A DNA stretch of 64,000 nucleotides from Eledone cirrhosa (GCA_964016885.1 OZ024741.1:237398001-237462000), one strand, 5' to 3'; counted from the first letter of the stretch, positions 24,880 to 36,967 are shown. Numbers and translations: made by a program. Notes: generated from the letters alone by a model not told the origin.

Positions 24880-25560
24880 AGATGGGGAAGGTTGTTAATG
24901 GTTGTCTCCATTTACCTTGAAAGTAAGCATGATAGGACAATAGTTGACAAAGAATGAGGGGTTTGAGAATGGGACATTGTAGCATGTTTCCAAATATTGA
25001 GATATATACATTTCTTTAGAGAGGTAGAAATTGAAGTTGGTGAGGATGGGGCTAGCTCTGAGGCACATTGTTTAAGGATAATGGAAGGGAAATTGTCAGA
25101 GCTTATGACTTTGTTAGTTTGAAGCAAATAGAGATACTTTTGCACTTGGCATGTATATGGGTGTGCTGGTGTGATCTGTAGAGTAGAAAAGGATAATTTT
25201 TGGAGATTTACCTAGTGTGTGCAGCTGTGTGGTGTTGGATATCAAGTGGCAGCAAATGTGGAAGCTTTCTCCACAAAATTACTACTTACAGAACCATCAA
25301 GGTTGAGAAGTTGAAAAAAGGAGGATTCAGCTAAATTGGTAGAAATCCTCTTGGCAAGGGACTGCAGATTTGGAAGTGGGATAGTTTGTGAACTGTGGAT
25401 ACAAGGAGCATTTTTTGTAGATTGAATGATGATCTTGCATGAGTTGTACATGTTGAGCTAGCTTCAACAAGTGAATTCACAGCATTGTGAATAGAGACCA
25501 TATATATATGGTGATTACTGGTGTCTAATGTGGATGTAATCAACCAGTCATGTTTCTAAT
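24880..25560 (-). mobile_element. Old CR1/Jockey-like LINE fragment
   Basis: NKVISSDNFPSIILKQCASELAP resembles the KS.GPD.IP..VLK.CA.ELA motif preceding the RT. Confidence 0.55.
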
Positions 25561-25789
25561 GGCAGGCACCATGTATGTGAGGATAGGATATTAGCTCAAG
25601 ATCAGTTGTTCACTTTGCCATTTACACCATACCAGGAGGGGTTCTGTCATGATTGCATCCCAGATGAATTCACCTCACAGGCAGTGGAACATGTGATCAA
25701 ACTAATGGAGTTGCCTTTTGAGTAAGAATTGTTGGAGGGAATCAATCCATCAGAACAATGAATTTCAAGGTTTGAGTCAAGATCCAATG

Positions 25790-26130
25790 CACAAATATGG
25801 AGCATTCAGTGAAAGCAAAAGTGATCAAATACTTCTAATTTGTGTAAGTTGGTAACTGTCATTGGCCATATCACTTCATATAGAAGCATAGCATAAATGA
25901 GTGCTTGGTAGATCCAAACTTTTGAGTCCAGCTCAATCTCCAACCTAGACCAGAGCCAGCTTTGAAGATGACAGAATGCACTGCATGCATGGTTGATGCA
26001 GATATCTATCTCATCTTTGCTGCTAGAAAGGGACATTAAAACGACAATGATGATGAGTGTGATTAAGACCCTGTCAAAAAGGGAGATGCCAGCAGATACT
26101 ATCTTCATTTTAGTTGCATTGATTTTCAAA
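25790..26130 (-). mobile_element. Old RTE/BovB-like RT C-terminal fragment
   Basis: DEIDICINHACSAFCHLQSWLWSRLEIELDSKVWIYQALIYAMLLY...KLEVFDH. Confidence 0.7.
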
Positions 26131-28154
26131 ATCCATAAAGCTGCTGATGGTTTACTACTGGTAGCTCCAGCATTGTTATAGAACCCTTCTCAAAGTAAGA
26201 TTTAATGTGTAGCCTCAGCCTTGATGAAAACCATATTGAAGTGAATATCTTGGCTGCAATATCTAACAGCCAATGCCCTAGCAGTTATTGTCACAACAGC
26301 TATCATCCTTGAAGAAAGGGAGAAGAGCTGCATCATGTGTCATACTTTATACATATTTTGGATGGTTTATTGGCCTTCAAACACATACTAAATATTGCTT
26401 ATATCAGAATATGGTCTAAGCCATTTTCACTGCCCATTTCAGCGTTACAATAAAATCATCAATCAAGTTTACAGCTGGTCCAACACGATTGACCAATTTT
26501 ATTGGCTATAGCAGCCATTGTTTGAATACTCTGTGACCAGGGTTTTTTTTTAAAGGTTGTTTGAACCGAATATTCCTTATCACCAGCTAGTTTGCTATAG
26601 CAAAGTTTACTATGTATTCCCCATTGTTGCAATGGTTCCCAACTGTGAATGTACTTAGGATCAATCTATTGTTTGTATCACCTTTTCCTGTGAATCAGTT
26701 GCTTATGATGGTAAGGAGATAACTACCTGGAGATCACTATAGAACTGATCCTTTGGTACTGGGTAAGTGCTGTTCAGATTTTTGGGTGGGTGATTTTCTC
26801 TGAGTATTGTAGGGTAGGTTCTTTGCTTGAACTGCTGTAACGAGGCTATAAGTCAACCACTTATGGAACTTTGGGTTGTTTGTGTGATGTGGAAGGACAT
26901 GGTTAAGAGGATGGTTTCAGTCATCTGCCTTGCAGTTTCTGATGGGGCCAAGGTGAAACTTATCTGTTACCAGTGATAGTTAACGTAGAACTGGCAGAGT
27001 CCTAACCAGTCAGCTGACATGACCTGCCATGGAGTTTGAGATGTGGTATAGGTGTTGTATACTATGTGTGGTGGGTAGTCCTAAGGTAGTTATCAGATGA
27101 GCTGATAGCTAAAGAGGTGATTATGGTCTGGTGGCGTCTGAGGTGAAAAAAGAGGTGAAGTGTTTGTGAATCAGTCAAGCATGCATTTAAGAGATGATAC
27201 TAGTTGATGAAGAGAGCTGATCATTTCAAAAGAATTAGTTTCTGTATCAGCAACATCAATATGGAATGAGTTTGAGGGCCAAGAACTAGTCTGAATTTTG
27301 AAGTCACTGATTTTAACACTCGAGGAAAGGAGAAGTCCTCAATGCAGGAAGAGTTGGGGGAATTAGTCCCACCTGTACTCCAGGGAAACCTCTTGCCCAG
27401 GAATAGTTATTTTCCCAGTTCTGAAGAGTCTGGTGACTGCACATATATTGAATACTCAATGGTTATAGTATCAAGGTAGGAGGATTTGGCTGCTGGATGT
27501 TGAGTTTGGAGAATAATAGAAGAAGCAGATGTATTTGGAGGAATGAAGGCAATGGAAACTATGAACTAGAGTAATTGAAAGTCTTTGTTGCTGCTATAAA
27601 TTGGAGAGTGATAGAGGAAGATGTATTTGGAGAAATGGGAGGAGAGGACCATGAGCTAGAGTAACTGGAAGTCTTTGTTGCTGATGTCAAGGTAAAACAG
27701 TGAGTTGTAATGTGAGTTGAATCTCCAATTAGCAGAGAACACTTTTTGGAGTGAAGTTTGAGTAAAGAATGTAGCTGGGGTAGCAAAGATAGATAAGAGT
27801 GGAAACATTTTGTATTCTATCAGTGGAACACACCTACAGAAGAGGAAAACCAATAAAAAAAAATGTGGGTTCAGGTGTTGGGTATACTGGGTTTGACAGA
27901 AGATAAAAGACTGACTGGATTGTTCAGCAGACCTGTCCAATCCATGGCAACAGTAAAAGATGTATATAAAAACATTGACAATGGATTTATTGTTTAACAT
28001 GTATACACATACTCGCATGCATATACACACACATCGTCGTTATTGTTTTTACGTCACTTTTTCAAAGAGTTTTATAGTCAGATGTACTTCTTGACGACAA
28101 CCATTTTAGTTGTCTCTTACAACACAGGGATAAGGTGTGTTTATAAAAATTGGA

Positions 28155-28465
28155 ATCATCATCATCATCATCATCATCATCACCGTTTTACGTCCGTTCT
28201 TCCACGCTAGCATGGGTTAGACGGGTTGTCCTGTTGTGGGCAGTGTCTGGTCGGCTGACCATGCCTTGCTCATACAGGAACTGATTTGGCTTGATTTCTA
28301 CAGCTGGATGCCCTTCCTAACACCAACCTCATTTACAGTGAGTGCTGGGTGCTTTTTCGTGGCGTCTACACGTCCACTTTACAGTGTGGGCTGGGTGCTT
28401 TTTTGCCGTGGCACCTCCACGACCACCTTGCGGTGGGGGGTGTGGGGGCATGCGGTATCCCTATA
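28155..28465 (-). mobile_element. SINE-like element with RTE-type tail (family 3)
   Basis: Copy of 11327-11650 with (ATC)n on the + strand. Confidence 0.7.
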
Positions 28466-28504
28466 TATAAATATATAGTTTATATGAAGCATTGTGAAAT
28501 ATGT

Positions 28505-28700
28505 AATTAAGAATGTATTGGGAAAGCTGATACAATGAGAATAGGAAATATAATGGTGAAAGTATAGTAAAGTAAGAATGACAAGAAAACAATAGTTTTT
28601 ACTCTTTATTTTGGTTTGTCATTCTTATTTTACTCTACTCTAGTTCCAACATTATATTCCCTATGAGCATTGTACCAGTTTTCCTAATACATTCTTAATT
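28505..28700. repeat. Old imperfect fold-back repeat
   Basis: AATTAAGAATGTATTGGGAAAGCTGATACAATG ... CATTGTACCAGTTTTCCTAATACATTCTTAATT, with inner AAGAATGACAA/TTGTCATTCTT. Confidence 0.75.
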
Positions 28701-29221
28701 AAATAAATATATGTATATGTGTACGCATATATATATATATATATATAAGTATATATGTACTGGGTTCAGTCTAAGCTGGGTCCATGATAAAATACGCCAA
28801 GTACACACTGTAAAGTGGTTACCAGAGAAAGGGCATCTAGCCATAGAAACCATGCTAAAAATTAAATGTATGAGCAAGACGTAGTACTTCAAACTGTCTA
28901 GCTTTGGACTGTGATGAACTGTCCAACCCATGCCAACATGGAAAATGGACATAAAATAATAATGATGATAATGTTTTTGTTTATAATATAAGCATGCATA
29001 AACCATTGCTAAATTGAAGATATTAAACCTTATTATATATTTTATCTGACATACATATAGGCCATGTATATCCCGGATTTTTAGAATAGGTACACCATAT
29101 CCCTGTGTATCATAAAAGAGTTTGCATCAGGAAGGGCATCTGGCTGTGACACATTGTCTTAGAACATCCCATCCAACCCATGCCAACATGGAAAAGTGTG
29201 CTTAAAAATGAAGATGATGAA

Positions 29222-31820
29222 GACTTATATATAGCAGGGGACTTCAATGGTCATGTTGGACAGCTCCAGGATGGTTACACTGGGGTACATGGTGGGCACG
29301 GTTACGGCTCAAGAAATGAAGGAGTGAGACTTCTTGAATTTTGTGATGGAAGTACACTGACTATTTGCAACACAAACTTCCAGAAACCTGCCAATCACCT
29401 AATAACATACAAATCTGGCGAGCACATAAGCCAGATTGACTTCTTACTAGTTAGGCAGCGGGACAGGCAGATAGTGTCAAATACCAAGGCATACCCTGGG
29501 GAAGAATGTACCCCACAGCGTAGGTTAGTCGTTAGTGATATCTCAGTAAGCAAGAGATGAAATGAGACATACAGGAAGGTGTGGAGAAGAAAGGTCTGGA
29601 AGTTAAAAGACCTTTCACTAAAATACAAATTTAGGAAAGCCCTTCAAGATGTATATGACGAAAAAGAAGACGATTTAGAGACGTATGACAGATAATAACT
29701 GGAATTTCTTACGTGACAACTTGCTGCAGGCTACTGATGAAACTTGTGGCTGGAGCAGAGCTTCAACCAGACAGAGAGTGACCTGGTGGTGGAACAGCAC
29801 AGTAGATAAGGCCATTAGAGACAAAAGACTAGCATGGAAGGCTTGGAAAAAGGGTGGGAGAAGGGAAGAATATACAGCCGCTAAGAGAGAAGCTAGACGT
29901 CGGGTGTACTTAGTACGCAGGGAGGCTGAGAGTAGGAGGTTTGCCAATGTTCTGCAACGGTGTCAATGCAAATCAGGATGTTGTTGGAGATAAATGTGTC
30001 CGGGATGATGCCGGTGTACTTAGTATCACAAATGATCAGAAAAAGGAGGCCTGGAAATGTCATTATGAGAGACTGATGAATGTGGAGAACGAATGGGAGA
30101 GAGAGAAATTACCCTTAGTAGATCTGACAGAGGGACCAGCTATTGAGATTGACGAATATAGGGTCCAAGAGGCTATTAAGGAAATGAAAAATGGTAAGGC
30201 TGCTGGACCATCGGGAATAGTTGCTGGGGACGTAGGCACTAAACTGGTTGCACGCATCATCAATCAGGCTATATATCGTGGTGTCATACCCAAAGACTGG
30301 TGCAGCAGTATTCTCATAAATTGCTACAAAGGTAAAGGGGATGCTCTGGAGAGGAGCAATTATAGGGGTATAAAACTGATGGATCAGGTTATGAAAGTGG
30401 CAGAAAGGGTATTAGCACAACTAATTAGAGAAAGGGTCAAACTAGATGAGATGCAGTTTGGTTTTGTGCCTGGGAAAAGTACAACAGATGCCCTCTTCTT
30501 GGTGAGACAATTGCAAATAGAGGTTCTTAGAGAAAAATAAGCCACTATACTTAGCCTTTGTTGACTTAGAGAAGGCCTTTGATAGGGTACCCGATCTGTC
30601 ATCTGGTGGTCCCTAAGGAAACTAGGTGTTGAGGAATGGCTTGTGAGGACTGTGCAAACTTTGTACAGAGGTACTCTCAGTAAAGTCAGGCTAGAAATGG
30701 AGTTTAGTGGGGAATTCCAGATATAAGTAGGAGTACATCAAGGTTCGGTCCTCAGCCCGCTCTTGTTCATTATAGTCCTCCAAGCCATAACAGAGGAGTT
30801 TAAGACTGGCTGTCCATGGGAACTTCTCTATGCTGACGATCTGGTTCTTATAGCAGAATCAGTAGAGGAGCTAGAGAACAAATTCTGGCTATGGAAACAG
30901 CAGTTGGAAGCAAGAGGACTGAGAGTGAACCTAGCTAAGACAAAAGTGTTGATGAATAGAAAAGAGGACAACACTCTGATTCAGTCAGGGAAATGGCCAT
31001 GTTCGATATGCAGAAAAGGAACTGGCATAAATTCTATAAAATGCACACAATGCAGATGCTGGGTACACAAGAGATGTAGTGGGATAGCAGGCAAACTAAC
31101 AGGTAGGGAGAAATATGTATGCAGTAGATGTACAGGGAAATTAGACAGTAGAAGTCGCATTGATAGACACATTTTTCAAATGCAGGAGGGTGCTATAGAA
31201 GTGGTGGATAGCTTCCGGTACCTAGGAGATCAGATTAGCATGGGAGGGAGGTGTTCCAAGGCCATAGTATCTAGAATAAGGACGGGTTGGAAGAAGTTTA
31301 GGGAGCTGCTTCCTCTGCTGACGAAGAAGGGTTTCTTCCTGTGTACGAAAGGCCGGTTGTATGATGCCTGTGTGAGGAGCGCGATGCTGCATGGTAGTGA
31401 GACATGGGCAGCAACTGCAGAGGATATGCGACGGCTGGAGAGAAATGAGGCAAGCATGCTTCGTTGGATATGCAATGTAAATGTGCACGAACGACCCAGC
31501 ATAAATGTGTTGAGAGAGAAACTGTGTCTGAGAGGGATAGAATGTAGTGTACGGGAGAGGCGACTGAGGTGGTATGGACATGTGATGCGCATGGAGGATG
31601 ACCGATGGGTGAAGAAGTGCCAGGAAATGCCAGTTGAAGGAAGACGTGGTAGAGGTAGACCACGAAAAACATGGGCGGAGGTGGTGAGGACAGACCTCTG
31701 ATCGTTGAAGCTCACGGTGGAGATGACGAGGGACCGTGACGAGTGGAGAGATGCTGTGCTGAATAAGACCCGTCCCACCCTTGCAAGCAGGGAAGAGCAG
31801 ATGTAAACTGATGATGATGA
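29222..31820 (+). mobile_element. RTE-clade LINE, 5'-truncated, frameshifted (APE, RT, PHD-like finger, C-terminal domain)
   Basis: APE motifs GDFNGHVG and SQIDFLL; RT motifs QFGFVPGKST, AFVDLEKAFD and LLYADD; Cys cluster CSIC...CTQCRCWVHKRC...CSRC; RRLRWYGHV; GRPRKTW; (GAT)n tail; split across four ORFs. Confidence 0.95.
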
Positions 31821-32001
31821 TATATATATATATAAGTTAACAAGGTATTATTTAAGGTAATTGAGTGATGTAGTTTCTGGCAATTGGCAGTTTTTAGACA
31901 CACCGGACTAATGAAACAATTGTTAATACTTTGAATAAACCCTATTGTACAGCCGACCACGTTATTCTTCACTCATTTACTATATATATATATATATATA
32001 T

Positions 32002-32390
32002 GGAGGCACATGGCTTAATGGTTAGAGCATTGGCCTTGCAATCGAAAGGTTGTGAGTTCAATTCTCAGACCAGGTGATGTGTTGTTTCCTTGACTGGGGT
32101 CCCAGTCCCTATCATTCCACTGCAAAGTGGTCGTGGAGGTGCCACAGCAAAAAAACACCCAACCAACACTGTAAAGTGGTCGTGGAGGTGCCACGGCAAA
32201 AAAACACCCAACCAACACTGTAAAGTGGTTGTGGAGGTGCCACGGCAAAAAAGCACCCAGCACTCACTGTAAATGAGGTTGGTGTTGGGAAGGGCATCCA
32301 GCTGTAGAAATCAAGCCAGAATCAGTTCCCGTCCCACCCTTGCAAGCAGGGAAACAGCGGACGTAAAATCAAATGTTGATGATGAAATGA
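32002..32390 (+). mobile_element. Family-1 SINE variant with CORE deleted and an internal ~49-bp unit triplicated
   Basis: tRNA-like head; CACTGTAAAGTGGTCGTGGAGGTGCCACGGCAAAAAA.. three times; RTE-like tail. Confidence 0.85.
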
Positions 32391-32460
32391 TATAGTAGTA
32401 AAACACCGGGAGATTATATCTGTAGTAGGTAGAGCACTCAGTCCATAGGATGAGTTCGGT

Positions 32461-32607
32461 ATAAAGTTAATTCCACAACAAATTAGCAAACCATACTCGG
32501 GCGCACGTGTTTCACCCAACGGATTCTCAACTCGAGTTGAGAATTCATTGGGTGAAGCACGTGTCCTCGAGTATTCTTAGCTAATTTGTTGTGGAACTAA
32601 CTTCATA
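32461..32607. repeat. Imperfect ~146-bp hairpin (MITE-like)
   Basis: AAGTTAATTCCACAACAAATTAGC...TTCTCAACTC|GAGTTGAGAA...GCTAATTTGTTGTGGAACTAACTT. Confidence 0.8.
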
Positions 32608-32616
32608 TATGTAATC

Positions 32617-32677
32617 ACTGTTATACATATTTCAATGGTATCTTATGTAGTACTCAGATACTATCTCATCAGACAGT
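32617..32677 (-). ncRNA. Type I minimal hammerhead ribozyme (family A, solo)
   Basis: - strand ACTGT-CTGATGA-GATAGTATCT-(12 nt)-AGATACCATT-GAAA-TATGTA-TA-ACAGT. Confidence 0.85.
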
Positions 32678-32804
32678 TTTTTGACTTGCATGAACATTAG
32701 TGATGTAAGTTCTCATCTGATATGCTAGTTGGTGGGCTTAGATATTGTTTCTTCACCTCTCTGTTAGCATATCTATATATATATATAAGATTTATAATAG
32801 AAAT

Positions 32805-32856
32805 GGCTTCTACAGGACTAGAATTGTTTCATTCGAAGGAAATCATCAGGAAAGCC
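32805..32856 (-). ncRNA. Type I hammerhead ribozyme (family B, solo)
   Basis: - strand GGCTTTC-CTGATGA-TTTC-cttc-GAAT-GAA-ACAA-ttctagtc-CTGT-A-GAAGCC; TATAAATA about 22 nt upstream (32879-32886). Confidence 0.7.
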
Positions 32857-33100
32857 GACTGACATTGTGGTATGGTGGTATTTATACGTTTTCTGGTGGT
32901 TGGAGAAGCTGGTGATTAGGATGAGTGGAGGTCATTGGCCAAGTGATTTTAAAGAACGGATTCTTTGAAAAAAACTATATTTAGAGAAATATACATGTTA
33001 ATACAATGGCACATATAAAATATATATAGACATACAAACATGCACACACACACACACACACTACTTTCAGTTGAATTTTTTTCTCTCTTCAAACATTAAT

Positions 33101-33120
33101 TCCTGTATTCTCTATTTCAG
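33101..33120 (+). promoter_or_regulatory. Probable splice acceptor for the exon holding the 5' UTR and CDS of zinc-finger gene 1
   Basis: TCCTGTATTCTCTATTTCAG|AT with pyrimidine-rich upstream sequence. Confidence 0.6.
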
Positions 33121-33440
33121 ATAACTATCTAAATGGCTGTCTATTACTGTGGCCCAACTAACTGCTTATATCGATACAAAGTTACACTGAAGAGTACTTT
33201 TCATCATCATCTTCATCATCAGAACTACAACATCATTGAAGAAAATATATTAAATTTTGTGAACTGTCATCATATTGATCAATAAATTGATTAAAGAGGA
33301 CATATAATTAATTAAAGAGAAGAATCTACATCGTATATTTAATGAGAATTTGAAAGTCTGTTGAGATCTGTGTAGGTAGAATTGAAGGCAGAAGGAAACT
33401 ATTTTTTGGAAAGTCACCCGCCGTTAAACAACTGAGCACC

Positions 33441-34820
33441 ATGTATTCTGATCAACCCATATATCCTACAATGGTCCCTCCACCAAACTATCATACTTGT
33501 GGTATACATCTGCAAGACAATGACAACAGCAGCAGCAACATTCCCGGCAACAGTGATGATAGCGATCAGGCAAGGGAAAATTCTAGCTCAAGCAGCAGGA
33601 AATCAGTGGCAATACAGGAACAACCAACTTACTACAATCACAAACATGGAGAGAAACCATACAAGTGTAACACCTGTCGGAAAGCTTTTTCAAGACGGGC
33701 AGATCTAAACAACCATGAAGTAGCTTTTGCTGGAGGTAAACATTTTAGTTGTGCATATTGCTGCAAAGCATTTTGCCAGCGTGCACACTTGAAGAGCCAT
33801 GAACGCATTCATACTGGAGAGAAACCCTTTCAGTGTGATTCTTGTCCAAAGTCTTTTAGCCAGAAGATTCATCTGAAAGTTCATGAGAGAGTCCACTCTG
33901 GAGAGAAACCTTACCGATGTCATATGTGCTGCAAAGCATTTGCTCAGCGGGACCATCTAAGCAATCATCAACGTGTTCATACAGGAGAGAAACCATTCAG
34001 CTGCACATTCTGCTTGAAGTCTTTCAGTCAACGTGCACATCTAAGGAATCACGAAAGAGTCCATACTGGAGAGAAAGCATTCAGTTGTTACATCTGTAAC
34101 AAAACTTTTAGTCAGAGAACTTACCTGCGCAACCATGAACGAATTCACACTGGAGAGAAACCATTCAACTGTGACGTATGTTTTAAGTCATTCAGTCAGA
34201 AAGCCCATCTCAACACCCATGAGCGCATTCACACCGGTGAGAAACCATTCAAATGTCATGTGTGTAAGAAGGCGTTTAGTCAGCGCGATCATCTTAACAA
34301 CCACCAAAGGACCCACACTGGAGAGAAACCATTTACCTGTGCGTATTGTCACAAAGCATTCAGTCAGCGGGCTCACCTAAACACTCATGAACGAACCCAC
34401 ACAGGAGAGAAGATACCATCACCATCTTCTCAGACTTCTACAACTGCCACCTGCTTAGTCCATAACTGCAAGACATCCAATATTCCTGTTACATGCTGTG
34501 GTACACACAAAACCACTTCCAAACGGGACGTGAAGGCTCAAAACCGTCACCAAAATTTCTGCAATCACCACCACCACCATCACCACTACCACCACCACCA
34601 CCATCACTCTGGTTCACAGGAATCTGGTGAGAAGTCACTCACAACCCCCAACCAAGATACCAACAGAAAGACATACACACCTCGAGCCAGTTCCACAAAA
34701 AACAATGGCCATTGTGAACACACTTCATCAGAGCCTCCTGTAGAGACATCACCTGTGACAGCATCCCAGCAACAGCCACCGCCGCCAGCAGCAGCAGCAA
34801 CAGCACCAGCACCGCCGCAA

Positions 34821-34855
<35 letters not shown>

Positions 34856-35000
34856 ACAACAACAACCACCACCACCACCACCACCACCACAGCAGCAACA
34901 ACAACCACCACAGCAGCAACAACAACCACAGCAGCAGCAACAACAACCACAGCAGCAGCAGCAGCAACAACCACAGCAGCAGCAGCAGCAGCAACAACCA

Positions 35001-35032
<32 letters not shown>

Positions 35033-35327
35033 CCCTACTCCAACATCTGCTTCCACTCCACATCCTTCACAGCAGCTCTCCCCCATTGCCAACCCAAGTA
35101 ACATACCAAGAAACAACAACAGTGGTGTTGGCATCCAGCAGCCGAACCCTCCTACCTTGATACTGCAGCCGTTGAGTATTCCATCTACATGCAGTCACCA
35201 GACTCTTCAGAACTGGGAAAATAACTATTCCTGGGCAAGAGGTTTCCCTGCCATGTCCCCCACGTGGGGTACAGGTTGGACTAATTCCCCCAGTGTCTTC
35301 CCATGTACTCTGAGACAAAGTAAATAG
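33441..35327 (+). CDS. C2H2 zinc-finger protein (8 canonical plus 1 degenerate finger; C-terminal polyH and polyQ/P)
   Basis: Intact 628-aa ORF, ACCATG start, repeated CxxC..F.....L..H...H with TGEKP linkers; the first finger lacks its second His. Confidence 0.95.
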
Positions 35328-35601
35328 TGTAGATTTACACTACAGCTATTATATGAATTGCTCTTTATCTCATTCATCACCTTGGACAAATAACAGACAA
35401 ATGGACATCTACAGATTATAAACTATACAGAAGAAACATATGAACAGGAGATTAAAATATATCAAATCTCGTATATATCTGTGTGTTTGTATGTGTATGT
35501 ATATATATATATATATATAATGTTTGTGTGTGTATATATGTGTATGTATGTATATATATATATCTATATATATATATATATATAGTTTTAATATAGATCA
35601 G

Positions 35602-35648
35602 ATTCTACAGGACTAGAACTGTTTCATTCTTTAGAAATCATCAGGAAT
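35602..35648 (-). ncRNA. Type I hammerhead ribozyme (family B)
   Basis: Exact reverse complement of 35668-35714. Confidence 0.7.
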
Positions 35649-35667
35649 ATAACAAATATATGGTTAT

Positions 35668-35714
35668 ATTCCTGATGATTTCTAAAGAATGAAACAGTTC
35701 TAGTCCTGTAGAAT
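35668..35714 (+). ncRNA. Type I hammerhead ribozyme (family B)
   Basis: ATTC-CTGATGA-TTTC-taaa-GAAT-GAA-ACAG-ttctagtc-CTGT-A-GAAT; GUA cleavage after 35710; stem II closes on U.U rather than the canonical G-C. Confidence 0.7.
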
Positions 35715-35798
35715 CTCATCTATATTAAAACTTTTATACTCTGCAATGTATTGAGTACCTTACTTACTGTGGTTACCTCCGATTCAACCCGGAATAAC

Positions 35799-35856
<58 letters not shown>

Positions 35857-35981
35857 GTTACGTAAGTGTGTAACTACAGTTAGAGGCAGTTCATCGTTCT
35901 CAGCACTCGATCATGTTACAATGATTGATTTCGTGTTTGGTTGCATACCAGGATTAAGGCAGCTGTAGTGTGGAAATAAAA

Positions 35982-36317
35982 GTAAGCAGGATCAGAGACA
36001 ATGGTGCACCATATATATAAACTTCATTGGCATATTACAATCATTTCAATATCAATCAGGTGAGGGAACAATCATAATGAGTGGGACCTGATTCTGTCCC
36101 AAGATCTCATCAGATATCTGAGTTTATATGTGCAAAAACACGTTCAAACTTTCAATGTCTTTTTTCACATTTAAAGTAACATATCTTTTGAGATGATGAG
36201 GCAGGGTCAGCCCCAGTCATTTTGATTGTACCCTGACCTGATCAATATTGAAATGATTGTAATATGCCTATAAAGTTTATATATATATGGTGCAACATTG
36301 ACTTCAATCCAGCTTAC
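35982..36317. mobile_element. Older fold-back element with family-C hammerhead arms
   Basis: 35982-36070 is the diverged reverse complement of about 36223-36317; the left arm has an intact core and the right-arm core has decayed to CTTTTGA (36185-36191). Confidence 0.7.
36032..36117 (-). ncRNA. Type I hammerhead ribozyme with long stem II (family C)
   Basis: - strand ATAT-CTGATGA-GAT...ATT-GAAA-TGATTG-TA-ATAT; same architecture as 3838-3924. Confidence 0.65.
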
Positions 36318-36580
36318 CTACATGTGTATATGTGTGTATGTATATATGCATGTGTGTGCGTGTATATATATATATGTGTGTATATATATTATAAATATAT
36401 GAGTATATATTTCATTTTTCATTTTACGTCCACTTCTCCCTGCTTTATATATTATAAATATATGTATATATATATATATGTATGTATATGTATGTATATA
36501 TATATATATGTATGTATATATATATATGTATGTATATGTATGTATATATATATATATGTATGTATATATATATATGTATA

Positions 36581-36914
36581 GGCACATGGCCTAGTGGTTA
36601 GAGCATTGGCCTTGCAATCGAAAGGTTGTGAGTTCAATTCTCAGACCGGGTGATGTGTTGTTTCCTTGAGCAAGACACTTTATTTCACATTGCTCCAGTT
36701 TACTCAGCTGTAGAAATGAGATGATAGGGACTGGGGTCCATATCATTCCACTGCAAAGTGGTCGTGTAGGTGCCACGGCAAAAAAAGCACCCAGCACTCA
36801 CTGTAAATGAGGTTGGTGTTAGGAAGGGCATCCAGCTGTAGAAATCAAGCCAGCATTAGTTCCTGTCCCACCCTTGCAAGCAGGGAAAAAGCGGACGTAA
36901 AATGAAATGATGAT
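36581..36914 (+). mobile_element. Family-1 SINE
   Basis: tRNA head, CORE-like body and RTE tail, as at 4526-4869. Confidence 0.85.
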
Positions 36915-36967
36915 ATCATAAAACATGTCTATAAAATTACAAGATAAAATATGTACCATTTCCTCTC

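Larger units (their letters stand above)
35584..35800. mobile_element. Fold-back element with two opposed hammerhead ribozymes (family B)
   Basis: Palindrome 35584-35732 with a short central loop, plus one-sided extension to about 35800, flanked by (TA)n. Confidence 0.85.

Noticed and set aside
31841-31933. GAAAC-AATT-GTT with flanking CAAGGTATT/AATACTTTG pairing
   Set aside because: No CUGANGA core in register; possibly a decayed relative but not callable.
34604-35134. Minus-strand poly-Cys/Leu/Ala ORFs (also 54699-55289)
   Set aside because: Alternative frames of the CAG/CAA/CAC repeats in the zinc-finger genes.
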